Of a DNA stretch of 64,000 nt, positions 1 through 9,678 are shown in pieces. The notes under the pieces are model-generated. The model did not search any database, had not been told where the DNA came from, and worked only from the letters and a program-made list of their open reading frames with translations. The DNA comes from Clostridiaceae bacterium (GTDB taxonomy: Bacteria; Bacillota; Clostridia; CAYPLH01; DUMO01), in contig DUMO01000051.1 in NCBI GenBank assembly GCA_012839865.1, positions 162,008 to 226,007 of the forward strand, in the 5' to 3' direction. A program made the position numbers and the translations under genes. Each line of letters opens with the position of its first letter. The first letter of the stretch is position 1.

Positions 1-124
1 TAAAATCTCTTATATCTATGGTATTAATTTCAATAATCCCTTTCTGCTGCGCCCTGCCAATGATACTTTCACCCAATATGGGAGCAAACATTTCCGGGAA
101 TATTGTTAGTACGTCAAATCTCAT
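1..124 (-). CDS. trmD: tRNA (guanine37-N1)-methyltransferase TrmD, N-terminal part; the gene runs off the left edge
   Basis: Not in the ORF track because it is truncated. The reverse complement of 1..124 translates as [41 protein letters not shown], a canonical TrmD N-terminus. Its ATG (124..122) overlaps the rimM stop (123..121) as ATGA. rimM-trmD is the conserved order. Confidence 0.9.
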   Translation of the reverse strand, partial: MRFDVLTIFPEMFAPILGESIIGRAQQKGIIEINTIDIRDF

Positions 125-633
125 TCGTCTATCAACCCTTCCGGAATCGATACCACAATTTTGCGGGATTCCACAGAAACCTCTTTAACTACTGATTTTA
201 ACGCAGGTATCAATATATCCTTCTTCCCCTGGCACTTGACCAGATAAACATCATTGCTGCCTGTTCTTAGAACATCAGCCACCTCTCCCAAAATATCGCC
301 ATCTTCTTCATACACGGTACACCCTATAATATCACAGATAAACCATGAGTTTTCTGGCAGCTTCACAGCGTTGGCCCTATCAACCAGAATAAAGGAATCT
401 ACCAGCTTTTCAGCAGCTTCCACGCTGTCAACACCTTTTAATTTAACCACAACAAAAGGAGGCAAATACTTGACACTCTGGATGTCATACTTATTGAGCA
501 TACCTTTTACTTCAACATACACCCAGTCCAGTTCACTAAACCTTTTTGGATCATCAGTCAGAGGGATAACCTTTATTTCTCCCTTTATCCCCCGGGTATT
601 GACTATCTCGCCAATCTGCAAATGATTTTCCAC
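121..633 (-). CDS. rimM: 16S rRNA processing protein RimM
   Basis: 170 aa. N-terminal RimM barrel ([16 protein letters not shown]) plus a C-terminal PRC-barrel-like half (GSNDVYLVK...ILIP). Translationally coupled to trmD. Confidence 0.9.
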   Translation of the reverse strand: MENHLQIGEIVNTRGIKGEIKVIPLTDDPKRFSELDWVYVEVKGMLNKYDIQSVKYLPPFVVVKLKGVDSVEAAEKLVDSFILVDRANAVKLPENSWFICDIIGCTVYEEDGDILGEVADVLRTGSNDVYLVKCQGKKDILIPALKSVVKEVSVESRKIVVSIPEGLIDE

Positions 634-939
634 TTGATACTCGCCTTTCCACGATTATTTAAACTTGCAACGGATATTGGAATCCTCAAGTTTCCATGCT
701 TCAAATAAAATAATAGCAAATATAACAGCTTATTGTAAAGGGAACTCATTTTACAGGATGCTGATTCATTACCGGACTGCTTTTTATAAACAGCTGCAAG
801 GCATCTGTACAGCAGCCTTTACAAAGTTGTATAATAATAAGTAAAGCAAACATCTGAAAATATATTGAGTAAAATACTGTTGTTGACATTTATATGGTGC
901 AGGCTGAAGCATGAATTATTTATCAAGGAGGTTATTTTT

Positions 940-2826
940 GTGATTTTGAATTTATATGGAAACTTGGATGGTCTTTCAAAAGGCATCGAAATACTGAAAA
1001 GCACCCTGAACTATGAAGTAGCTGATAATGGTATTCCAATTAAAGTGGTTAACGAACCTGGAAATATTCATGTGGAACTTGCGAAGGGGCAAGGCTTGAT
1101 AAAGTATGATAAAAAAGTGCATTTTTTCAGGGCTCTTGGGCTTTTTATGGAAGATGCCGCTCAAAAAAATGAATTCAAAATAATTGAAGAACCTCAGTTT
1201 GAAATGAACGGTCCAATGGTGGATGTGTCAAGAAACGCAGTATTAAGTATAAAAAGTGCTGAAAAATTGATTGAGTTGCTGGCTGTCATGGGACTTAACA
1301 TGCTGATGCTGTACACTGAAGATATATATACCGTTCAGAATTATCCTTATTTCGGATATATGCGGGGCAGATATACATACGATGAGATGAAGGAACTGGA
1401 TGACTATGCAGACTGTTTTGGAATTGAAATAATTCCATGCATACAAACACTTGCCCATCTTGAGCAGTTTCTTAAATGGCGCGAATCAGAACCCTTAAAG
1501 GATACATCAAGCGTTTTGCTTGTAGGAGAAGAAAAAGTTTACACATTTATCGAAGAAATTATAAAGGCATCTGTTTCTCCCCTTAGAACAAAACGTATAC
1601 ATTTGGGTATGGATGAAGCCTGGGACCTTGGACTTGGCAATTACTTATTGAAAAATGGCTACACAAGACGCCATGACATAATGAACCTGCATGCGGCAAA
1701 AGTTATCGATATAACAAGGAAGCTGGGGCTTAAGCCCATGATCTGGAGTGACATGTATTTTCGGCTGGGTTCCAAAACAAACGATTACTATGATGAAAAT
1801 GCATATTTGCCTGACGATGTCATAAAACAAGTGCCAAAGGAACTTCAGCTTGTTTATTGGGATTATTATCATGATGATATTGACTCTTATAAAAAATTCA
1901 TCAGCCTGCACAAAAGATTCAATAATGACATAATATTCGCAGGCGGATTATGGACATGGAACGGACTGGTTGTAAATTACAGAAAGGCCTTCAATGTGAC
2001 AAACTCAGCCCTTGAGGCTTGCAAGGCTGAAGGCATTAAAGAAGTGATTGCCACCATGTGGGGTGATAACGGAGCAGAAACAAATATATTTTCAGCCCTT
2101 GCCGGCTTGCAGCTTTTTGCAGAACATGGCTACAGCAGGATATTAAACCAGGACAAACTCAAAAGGAGGTTTGAGTTTTGTACAGGCGGCAATTTCGATT
2201 CATTTTTCAATATATCGCTGATTGACCAGATTCCGGGAACTGAAGAAGAACACCAACATGCTCCCTCAAACCCTTCAAAACCTCTTTTATATCAGGATAT
2301 ACTCTTAGGTCTGTTTGATAAGCACATAGAGGGCATGAACCTTAATGAATATTACTCAAACCTTGAAAAGAAACTGTCTGAAGATCAGAAAAACAATCCT
2401 TCATGGGATTTCGTTTTTGACGTACCGGGAAAATTATGCAGTGTACTAAGTATAAAAGCAGAGCTTGGAATAAATATCAAAAAGATGTATGACAGTGGTG
2501 ATAAGGAAGGACTTAAAAAAATAATTGAAAATGATCTTCCAAAACTCTACGAAAAAGTTGACACCCTTAGAAAAGCTCATAGGAAACAATGGTTGGCAAC
2601 CTACAAACCTTTCGGATGGGAGGTATTGGATATCCGGTATGGCGGAGTGCTTGCAAGAATCGACAGTACAATTGAAAGGTTGACCCTTTACCTGGAAGGC
2701 AAAATTGACAAAATTGAAGAGTTGGAGCAGGAAAGGTTGTATTTTGACGGAATGGAAAGACCCACAGGAGTCAAGGTAGGTCATATAAACAGATACAACA
2801 GAATTGTATCAGCCTGCCCCATTTAA
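940..2826 (+). CDS. Glycoside hydrolase family 20 beta-N-acetylhexosaminidase-like protein, no signal peptide
   Basis: The track ORF starts at 865. AAGGAGG (925..931) followed 8 nt later by an in-frame GTG at 940 is the better start (VILNLYGNLDG...). The GH20-type H-x-G-x-D-E motif is present in RIHLGMDEAWDLG, and the (beta/alpha)8 core reads MLMLYTEDIY...GIEIIPCIQTLAHL. Confidence 0.8.
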   Translation: MILNLYGNLDGLSKGIEILKSTLNYEVADNGIPIKVVNEPGNIHVELAKGQGLIKYDKKVHFFRALGLFMEDAAQKNEFKIIEEPQFEMNGPMVDVSRNAVLSIKSAEKLIELLAVMGLNMLMLYTEDIYTVQNYPYFGYMRGRYTYDEMKELDDYADCFGIEIIPCIQTLAHLEQFLKWRESEPLKDTSSVLLVGEEKVYTFIEEIIKASVSPLRTKRIHLGMDEAWDLGLGNYLLKNGYTRRHDIMNLHAAKVIDITRKLGLKPMIWSDMYFRLGSKTNDYYDENAYLPDDVIKQVPKELQLVYWDYYHDDIDSYKKFISLHKRFNNDIIFAGGLWTWNGLVVNYRKAFNVTNSALEACKAEGIKEVIATMWGDNGAETNIFSALAGLQLFAEHGYSRILNQDKLKRRFEFCTGGNFDSFFNISLIDQIPGTEEEHQHAPSNPSKPLLYQDILLGLFDKHIEGMNLNEYYSNLEKKLSEDQKNNPSWDFVFDVPGKLCSVLSIKAELGINIKKMYDSGDKEGLKKIIENDLPKLYEKVDTLRKAHRKQWLATYKPFGWEVLDIRYGGVLARIDSTIERLTLYLEGKIDKIEELEQERLYFDGMERPTGVKVGHINRYNRIVSACPI

Positions 2827-2921
2827 TTGATTATATAAAAAAAGGATTTTTGGAAGAAAACAAGCTTTTATAATGAAGGGGTTAACGGTCCCGCTGGAAA
2901 AATTTCTGAATGCTGCATGCT

Positions 2922-3854
2922 TTACAACACTTCATGCAAGTTAATGCTTTTAAGGATGCTTTTCACATCCTCCGGCTCCGGCGGTGCCGTGCCTTCAGTC
3001 AGGCAGGCGGCTGTACCATATGCAACCGCATTTTTAAAGCATTCCGTGAGGCAAAATCCCTTTGCATATGCCCCGATAAATCCGGCAATCATGCTGTCCC
3101 CTGCACCAATTGTGGATACAGGCTTTATCGAAGGCACTTCCGCAATATGGTTTATTCCGGACAAAGTTGCAACTGCACCGTCTTTTCCCATACTTACAAT
3201 AACATTTTCGATACCTGCCTGATGAATTTTTACTGCTGCATCCATTGCCTGGGGAATAGTATCAACCTTACTGCCAATAAGCGCTTCAATCTCCTTTGAA
3301 TTGGGTTTTATGAGCCAGGGGTTGATTATCAATAAATCATCCAAGGAAAATGAGTTGCAATCCACAGCAAGAAGACACTGTTTATTCTTTAGCTCATTAA
3401 GAAAGCCAATTATGGAATCCTTCGATAACCCCCTGGGAATACGTCCGGTAAAAGTCAGTATGGTATTTTCATCAACTACGGTTTCAATCTTTTCAAAAAA
3501 TTGTTTCACTGTTTCTTCGGTCAAACAAAAACCTTCAAGGCTTATCCTGGTTTCCGGCATACCTGGAGTATGAATTGTGATATTTTCACGGATTTTTCCC
3601 TCGGCGTATATCACATAACATCCAAGGCCATCGGCCTCCAGCCTGGAAACAAAATCAGAAGCATTATCCTTTCCCAGGATGATGTAAGCCGTGTTATCCA
3701 TGCCGTTTCGGGATAATGCCCGGGATATGTTGATACCCTTTCCACCGGCAAAGGTAAGAACCGAGTCCACATAATTTTCTTCGTAAAGCTTGAAATTCTT
3801 CATATTGTAATGAAGATCAAAGGCCGGGTTCAATGTGGTTGTTATTATCTTCAT
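2922..3854 (-). CDS. PfkB-family sugar-phosphate kinase (1-phosphofructokinase / tagatose-6-phosphate kinase type)
   Basis: 310 aa. N-terminal MKIITTTLNPAFD...GGKGINISRAL and C-terminal GAGDSMIAGF match the two PfkB/ribokinase signatures. Length and layout fit FruK/LacC. Confidence 0.8.
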   Translation of the reverse strand: MKIITTTLNPAFDLHYNMKNFKLYEENYVDSVLTFAGGKGINISRALSRNGMDNTAYIILGKDNASDFVSRLEADGLGCYVIYAEGKIRENITIHTPGMPETRISLEGFCLTEETVKQFFEKIETVVDENTILTFTGRIPRGLSKDSIIGFLNELKNKQCLLAVDCNSFSLDDLLIINPWLIKPNSKEIEALIGSKVDTIPQAMDAAVKIHQAGIENVIVSMGKDGAVATLSGINHIAEVPSIKPVSTIGAGDSMIAGFIGAYAKGFCLTECFKNAVAYGTAACLTEGTAPPEPEDVKSILKSINLHEVL

Positions 3855-4206
3855 ATTTCCACCGCCAGTCGTTTTTGGTTTCGGGCCATTCTCAGTTAAT
3901 GCTTAAAAAAAGCATGCCTTACACGCAATATTGGGCGCAAAAGCAATTCGCACCTGTCAAGAATTCATTTTCAAACACCCATATATAAAAGGGTGCATAA
4001 AAACACTACACTTGCTATTATACCATTAAAATCAATAACAGTTTGCTGTATATGGAATATAACTTTCAATATATGTTTGGAGATAAATTGGCCTACCAGG
4101 CTTGGAGTTTCGTAAACATTACATTTACCTCAGACAATTTCAACCCGGGGCTGTCACCTTGCCAACTGGCACTTTTCGCATTTGAATTGTAATTTTTTTA
4201 TACTCC

Positions 4207-4410
4207 ATGGTATTTTTTATGAAAACTGCATATCATAATTGTATGGAAACCAAAATATATGCCTTGAAAAGAAAAACTGAAACATTATGCCCGATTTGCA
4301 AGTCGCCCATGTACATGGTTAACTTCCACAATGGCACCACCAGCTTTATGTGCCTCAAGTGCTTTTTTGGCTTTAATTACAACAACAATGAAAAAGAAGT
4401 TTGTGATTAA
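4207..4410 (+). CDS. Hypothetical small 4-Cys (zinc-ribbon-like) protein
   Basis: 67-aa ORF with CPIC...CLKC, followed by a hairpin terminator. No convincing Shine-Dalgarno precedes any of its three possible ATGs, so coding status is uncertain. Confidence 0.3.
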   Translation: MVFFMKTAYHNCMETKIYALKRKTETLCPICKSPMYMVNFHNGTTSFMCLKCFFGFNYNNNEKEVCD

Positions 4411-4420
4411 ACAAAAAAAA

Positions 4421-4446
4421 TCTGGAACCAGGTTAAGTTCCAGATT
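4421..4446. terminator. Bidirectional rho-independent terminator hairpin
   Basis: TCTGGAAC-CAGGTTAA-GTTCCAGA. An A8 run lies on the left and TTCTTTGTT on the right, so either strand gets a U-rich tail. It sits between the small + ORF and the 3' end of the - strand tRNA. Confidence 0.55.
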
Positions 4447-4456
4447 CTTTGTTACA

Positions 4457-4530
4457 TGGCTGCGGGACTAGGATTTGAACCCAGACAAAATGATCCAGAG
4501 TCATTCGTGCTACCATTACACAATCCCGCA
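4457..4530 (-). tRNA. tRNA-Gln (anticodon CUG)
   Basis: The reverse complement folds as a cloverleaf. Acceptor TGCGGGA/TCCCGCA, D arm GTGT-AATGGTA-GCAC, anticodon arm AATGA-CT[CTG]GA-TCATT, T arm CTGGG-TTCAAAT-CCTAG, discriminator G, encoded CCA. The U1-A72 pair is typical of bacterial tRNA-Gln. Confidence 0.85.
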
Positions 4531-4549
4531 AAGTCAATCAACGTTAGGT

Positions 4550-4578
4550 ATTATAGCACAGACTTTTTATTAATACAA
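4550..4578 (-). promoter_or_regulatory. Sigma-A-type promoter for tRNA-Gln
   Basis: The - strand reads TTGTAT-17 nt-TATAAT. The -10 box ends about 19 nt upstream of the mature tRNA 5' end. Confidence 0.45.
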
Positions 4579-4927
4579 GAGCTTTATAGAAAATTTTTTA
4601 ACATCCATGCACTGGTTATTTTTCACAAGCGGAAAGCAAAGTGATTCTTGTTTTGCCACCGGGAGCAATGCCGCAATCCTTAAGTTTATCAATGCCGGCT
4701 ATCCGGGTGGGTTCAAAACATCAGCGTCTAGGGGATTCATACGACTTTGGCTGTATTGGCATTTTAGCCGGTGTTCACACGTAATTCATAGAATAATATA
4801 AAACGTCAATTACTCAGTTTTTTTATTATTGTTATATATTTTTTAATAATATATAATACTTTCTTGAAACATTTATCCCTATGGATTTGAATCAGTATAA
4901 TACTGAAAATTTTTTAAACAAAAGGAT

Positions 4928-5764
4928 ATGATTGATGTGCAGGACATGACAGGAAAGTACTACCTTATAGATGACAAAGAATACAATACCACGGAAAGCA
5001 AAAATATTGAAGATAAAAAAGCTTCTGCCGTATATGAAGTTATACGTATAATTGACGGAATTCCTCTTTTTTTCGAGGACCACTATGAAAGATTGGTAAA
5101 ATCCCTGGAGATGATGGGCAGCAGTTTAAGGATTTCAAAGTCAATTCTGAAGGACAGGATTCAAAAACTCATCAGTTTGGATGAGGAAAAATTCTGCAAT
5201 ATAAAAATTACAGTATATTTGGAGCAGGAAAAATTAACAACATATATGTATATAAGCAAAAGTTATTACCCTTCTGAATCAGAAGTGAAAAATGGAGTCA
5301 AGGTTGATCTTTTCAACATCGAAAGACCTGACCCGAACATAAAGAAGCTGAATTTAAACTATAGACAACAGCTGGATAACTTTATAAGGCAAAACAAGCT
5401 TTTTGAAGCCCTGCTGGTCAACCGCAGGAATGAAATAACCGAAGGAAGCAAATCAAATGTCTTTTTTGTAAAAGGAAGAGAAGTTTACACCGCTCCTGAC
5501 AAGGATGTATTAATGGGTGTTACAAGAAAATACATCCTTGACGCGTGTTCAGGTTTGAACCTGGTTATCAGGAAAATACCGGTCAGTGTTGACATGCTGC
5601 TCTCGATGGATGGTTTGTTCCTGTCTGGTACTTCCATTAAAGTACTGCCTGTGTCACAGGTTGGAAATATGGTATTTAGCCCGGCAGATTCACCTGTAAT
5701 AAACGAAATAAGAAAAAAATTCGATGCTGTCATCGAAGAAAATCTGGCCTCATACAGGTCCTGA
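4928..5764 (+). CDS. Class IV (fold type IV) PLP aminotransferase family protein (BCAT / D-amino-acid AT / aminodeoxychorismate lyase family)
   Basis: 278 aa. Family-typical motifs NEITEGSKSNVFFVKG and LMGVTRKYIL. Substrate cannot be assigned from sequence alone. Confidence 0.8.
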   Translation: MIDVQDMTGKYYLIDDKEYNTTESKNIEDKKASAVYEVIRIIDGIPLFFEDHYERLVKSLEMMGSSLRISKSILKDRIQKLISLDEEKFCNIKITVYLEQEKLTTYMYISKSYYPSESEVKNGVKVDLFNIERPDPNIKKLNLNYRQQLDNFIRQNKLFEALLVNRRNEITEGSKSNVFFVKGREVYTAPDKDVLMGVTRKYILDACSGLNLVIRKIPVSVDMLLSMDGLFLSGTSIKVLPVSQVGNMVFSPADSPVINEIRKKFDAVIEENLASYRS

Positions 5765-5794
5765 CGAAACCATGCCAAACCTGGTTTCGTCAGG
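5760..5794. terminator. 12-bp perfect hairpin spanning both stop codons of a convergent gene pair
   Basis: CCTGACGAAACC (5760..5771), 11-nt loop, GGTTTCGTCAGG (5783..5794). The aminotransferase TGA (5762..5764) lies in the left arm and the padR-family TGA (5792..5790) in the right arm. There is no clear U tract on either side. Confidence 0.4.
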
Positions 5795-6107
5795 AGGTTT
5801 CAATTCCAATTGAGCAAACACGCTTTACAACTTCATTCCATTCAGCCAGTGTTTGCTCAAGATAATCCGCACCCGTTTCTGTCATGCTATAATACTTCCT
5901 GACAGGGCCATTTGGCGATTTTTCCTGCGTAATCCGGGTATAGCCGGCTGAATTCAACCGGCGTAAAATTGTATAGATAGTTCCCTCATAAACTTCAGGA
6001 AAAACATTTCGAATAGATTTCATGAGCTCATACCCGTATAATTCCTGGTCCTTGAGTTTGTAAAGGATACACATTTCAAGGACTCCCTTTTTCATCTGGG
6101 CATCCAC
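5790..6107 (-). CDS. PadR-family transcriptional regulator
   Basis: 105 aa winged-helix protein: GVLEMCILYKLKDQELYGYELMKSI...EGTIYTILRRLNSAGY. Confidence 0.85.
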   Translation of the reverse strand: MDAQMKKGVLEMCILYKLKDQELYGYELMKSIRNVFPEVYEGTIYTILRRLNSAGYTRITQEKSPNGPVRKYYSMTETGADYLEQTLAEWNEVVKRVCSIGIETS

Positions 6108-6119
6108 ACTGATTCCTCC

Positions 6120-6929
6120 CTAAGCATCTACTACAACAGTATCAGCAATCATGTCATGGAGAGTTTTATGCTCATTGGTTATCAGCATTGCAATAAAGGA
6201 AATCAATGGCACTATCGGAATGGAATTAAGAAGGGTTTTCCCGATAAATTCCCGGTAAAATATTGCCCCCCTGGTTGCAGGTTTTTCATTCAAATTTTGA
6301 ATTTTAATTTTCATGATTTTTTTGCCTATTGTCTGTCCTTTAAGAATCATTGAGCAGACCAATGAATAAAGAAGGTAAAATGCGAGGGCGGAAAATGCTA
6401 TTATTCTCTTCACTGTGTAACTGGAATGTCTGGCAGCATTGGAAATGCCAGTTGAATAAACTATTCCGTTTGGACCCACAGTATATGATGATACTACTCC
6501 AGGGCTTGGTCCGGCAAATTGATAAAAGGCCAAACTTACAAAAGTCCCTGATGCAGGACTGGGATAAGATACAGCCATAAGACCCGGCATTAATATATTT
6601 CTGAACAGGACTAATGCAATCAGCGCTATTGGCATAACTGCAATTACAGCATCCAGCATATAGGCACATAACCTCTTTCCCGGATTTGCAAATTTTCCAA
6701 CCGGAGGAACACCTTTTTTCTGATTGGCGCAATCGCGATCCTCCAGAAGCTGTTTTGCCAAAAATGCCGGAGACCCAAGGTCATTTGATATTTCATCATC
6801 AGTTTTTCCTTCTTCCCGCCCCGATGCAAAAAAAGCCTCGTAATCGGAAAGAATATCCTTCAATTCTTCATCAGGAATTTTATGTTCCAGATTTTCTCGT
6901 AACTCTCTTAAGAATTCAAATTCCTTCAT
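6120..6929 (-). CDS. DUF1700 (PadR-associated) N-terminal module fused to an RDD-family multi-pass membrane domain
   Basis: The N-terminus MKEFEFLRELRENLEHKIPDEELKDILSDYEAFFASGREEGKTDDEI is the DUF1700 pattern. The C-terminal half has several hydrophobic spans and the RDD-family ending KTLHDMIADTVVV. It lies 12 nt upstream of the padR-family gene. Confidence 0.7.
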   Translation of the reverse strand: MKEFEFLRELRENLEHKIPDEELKDILSDYEAFFASGREEGKTDDEISNDLGSPAFLAKQLLEDRDCANQKKGVPPVGKFANPGKRLCAYMLDAVIAVMPIALIALVLFRNILMPGLMAVSYPSPASGTFVSLAFYQFAGPSPGVVSSYTVGPNGIVYSTGISNAARHSSYTVKRIIAFSALAFYLLYSLVCSMILKGQTIGKKIMKIKIQNLNEKPATRGAIFYREFIGKTLLNSIPIVPLISFIAMLITNEHKTLHDMIADTVVVDA

Positions 6930-7092
6930 GAAAAAATTCCTCCAATACTATTTATTGAATAGTAGCTATGTAATAATTTTAACAAGCTACTATTCAATAG
7001 TCAATAGCTCTGAGGAATTTTTTCAGCAGGTTTCATATCTATATGTTGCTTTTCAGAGAAAACATATATACAAAATCAACTATTATTTACTG

Positions 7093-9597
7093 CTAATTCT
7101 CCGCTATATATTCTTCAGCTTCCCTCCAGTACCTGTCTGATTCCAGGGGTGCATCATTAAGCTGCCAGAATTGGGTCATCTTTCTTTCTTTAATTCTAGG
7201 CTCACTGCCCTTTCTCAAAAGGTACTCCTCAAGCTTCCCGCTTTCTATCGAAGCAGAAGGTTTAAAGTCATCTGATATAACATATTTAAGCAGTGATTCA
7301 AACATTCCACAAACTTCCGGCTTGTTATAATTCAACCCTGTGAAGTTGAAGCCTGAAACTAGCAATCTGCCCTTCCCTACTCTCAACTCGAACAAGTAGC
7401 CAAATTTTCTCATTGTCCATTGGGGCTGAAGTTCCGACAAACCATAGGTATAAACATCAAACCTGTCCCTGCTGGCCTTGTCGACCCCCTGGATGACAGG
7501 TTCACATTCACATGGGAAATCATCCATCACAATCTTGTCGCAGTCATCTATCAGTTCATAGAACTGCAGGTCCAAAAAGCCATCATTTGCAAATGATTCA
7601 AGGGCTTTATTGGGTCTTATGAAACCGCCCTGGTTTGTACCCCTATCCCATATAACGCCCTTCATGCGGTCCCAGGTAGCGGGCAGGTAATACTTCTCCT
7701 TTTGAGCCCTCACTTTTCTATCTCTTGTTTCAAGCACCCTGTAAAGCATCAGTACATCGCCGCCGTTTTCAAGGTGCTTGATGACTTCCTTTGAGAACCT
7801 GTTTACTATAAGGAGCTTTTCCGGGTTTTCCAGTGAGCCTTCGGATTTAATTTGTGAATATCTTAAGTTGAGCTTGATATCGTCCAGGGCTACAGTACAT
7901 TTTATTTCAGGTATTGCCTCTGCCCTGTCGGGATATATCCACAATTTCCAATCATTTATAATTACTGCTTCACCTTTTTCATTTACCAGCCTGCATTCCA
8001 GCAGCAATTCATCGGAATTCTCCGTTGCAGGCATTTTTAATTCAAGGGTGACTATCTCCCTGAGTCCTTTTTCAGAAAGGTCAATTCCCTTAAGTCCACC
8101 GGTTAACACCGTACAATTCCTGTTTTTACTGTAAAGATAAAACTTAAAATCAAGGTTGTCAGGCACCTCGTTGGAAAAATGCGATATGTACACGGGTATT
8201 TTTACTTTTTCTTTTTCGAAATAAGTCCTCCGGGGTAAATCCGCCAATATGACAGTATCACTGTTGAATTTGAGAAATTCCTTTTCTTCTATGCCGGTCC
8301 TGTCATCAAAGCAGTCCAAAATACCGTTGCTGTTTTCATACCGCTCAGTATCTGAAAGCTGCAGAAAATGAAATCCTGACAGAAGCTTGCTCCGCCGGGC
8401 AGCCTCAATTCCCAGCTTCCAGCTTAAAAACTGAAATTTCTTGCTGGCTTTAAACATAAGAGGATAATCCTTTTCAAGTCCCTTTAATTTCACCAGCTTT
8501 CGAAGCTCGTCAATCCACCAGGGCTTTTCAACATTTAGACTCTTAAACTTGCTGTCCAGCTTATCAATATCCCTCAACGCCGTATAATGGCAGATTTCAT
8601 GGGCCAGAATCGGCCGCCTAGGTGAAATTGCGCGGGTTACCTTGTAATTGAAATCATAATCATCCCCGTCCGACTCCGACATCTGGGTTCCTTTGCAGGA
8701 CCCGTAAATCAGCCAGTTATATGTATTTTCAAACATATCATAGTTTGTTCCGAAAGGATAGAAGTAGGACATATGCTGCACATCAATGTCTACGTAAGTC
8801 CTGTCAAATTCCCCGTGGGCGCAGGTATCGATAAAAAGCCTGGTGGGGTCCAATTCCTTTGTGATTTTTGCTATTCTTTCAACCTGGGGATTGGTGCCCG
8901 GATGACGGATTTCGTTTCCCATGCAATAAACCATAAGGGAAGGATGATTTCTAAGTCTTAAAATAGTTTCAATCCATTGCTGTTCGTTTATAAGCTCTCC
9001 GGTATCATTCATCATGGTTCTTTCTTTCTGGTATTTTCCGAAATATTTCCGGATCTCCACATGAATAAAGATACCAAGTCTGTCTGCCGCTTCAAAACAC
9101 TCTTCAGGCGGAATCCTGGAATGAAAACGTATGAAATTGAAGCCATAGTCCTTTGCCGCCCTTATATTTTTCTCATAGTACTCAACAAGGGGAAGATTTT
9201 CAAGGTTCGGGTGGTCATGGGCTTCACGGCCTCTTATGAATCCCCGGACATAAAATTTCTCATTGTTTACATATATGTCTCTGCCTGAAACATGTATTTT
9301 GCGCATTCCAAAGTTTTCTTCCACTGATACTTCTTTCTGGTCAATTGTCATATAAATCTTCAAGGTGTATAAATACGGGAAATCAACACTCCAGAGTTTC
9401 ATGTCCTTTATTGGGGCTTCAAACAAAGCCATGGACTTATTTTCCAGATTCAAATTGCCGGAGCAGACAATCTCATTGCCGCTCAGTACCTCCCAGGCTG
9501 CACTTTTGCATCCCCGGGGTACGGTAAATGATATTTTTGCCTTTGAATTATCAATGTCCGGAATAATAAATAAATCCTTCAGTACATTGCTTCTCAT
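7093..9597 (-). CDS. GH2-like (clan GH-A) glycoside hydrolase, cytoplasmic
   Basis: 834 aa. N-terminal sugar-binding and Ig-like domains, then a TIM barrel (NFIRFHSRIPPEECFEAADRLGIFIHVE). Acid/base-type NE in YCMGNEI and a nucleophile-region E in ILAHEICHY. No signal peptide. Confidence 0.75.
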   Translation of the reverse strand: MRSNVLKDLFIIPDIDNSKAKISFTVPRGCKSAAWEVLSGNEIVCSGNLNLENKSMALFEAPIKDMKLWSVDFPYLYTLKIYMTIDQKEVSVEENFGMRKIHVSGRDIYVNNEKFYVRGFIRGREAHDHPNLENLPLVEYYEKNIRAAKDYGFNFIRFHSRIPPEECFEAADRLGIFIHVEIRKYFGKYQKERTMMNDTGELINEQQWIETILRLRNHPSLMVYCMGNEIRHPGTNPQVERIAKITKELDPTRLFIDTCAHGEFDRTYVDIDVQHMSYFYPFGTNYDMFENTYNWLIYGSCKGTQMSESDGDDYDFNYKVTRAISPRRPILAHEICHYTALRDIDKLDSKFKSLNVEKPWWIDELRKLVKLKGLEKDYPLMFKASKKFQFLSWKLGIEAARRSKLLSGFHFLQLSDTERYENSNGILDCFDDRTGIEEKEFLKFNSDTVILADLPRRTYFEKEKVKIPVYISHFSNEVPDNLDFKFYLYSKNRNCTVLTGGLKGIDLSEKGLREIVTLELKMPATENSDELLLECRLVNEKGEAVIINDWKLWIYPDRAEAIPEIKCTVALDDIKLNLRYSQIKSEGSLENPEKLLIVNRFSKEVIKHLENGGDVLMLYRVLETRDRKVRAQKEKYYLPATWDRMKGVIWDRGTNQGGFIRPNKALESFANDGFLDLQFYELIDDCDKIVMDDFPCECEPVIQGVDKASRDRFDVYTYGLSELQPQWTMRKFGYLFELRVGKGRLLVSGFNFTGLNYNKPEVCGMFESLLKYVISDDFKPSASIESGKLEEYLLRKGSEPRIKERKMTQFWQLNDAPLESDRYWREAEEYIAEN

Positions 9598-9678
9598 AAA
9601 TTTCCCTTCCTTTTGATTTCTATATGGCTATATAAAACACTTTATATTTTTCCAATGATAATACCCTGCTTCTTAAAC

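Noticed and set aside
865-939. N-terminal extensions of track ORFs (GH20 865..939, and likewise hrcA to 26248, lepA to 29789, yicC to 19254, gmk to 17984, remA to 18246, apt to 47072, sigma to 63999, HemZ-like to 42958)
   Set aside because: Each extension lacks an SD, encodes atypical sequence, and in several cases runs through an operator or promoter (CIRCE) or overlaps the upstream gene. An internal start with a good SD matches the family N-terminus.
4456-4801. Track ORFs 4456..4644 (+) and 4607..4801 (+)
   Set aside because: The first is the antisense reading of the tRNA-Gln gene and its promoter. The second has no SD and a composition-driven open frame. See the low-interest finding on the GC-richer patch.
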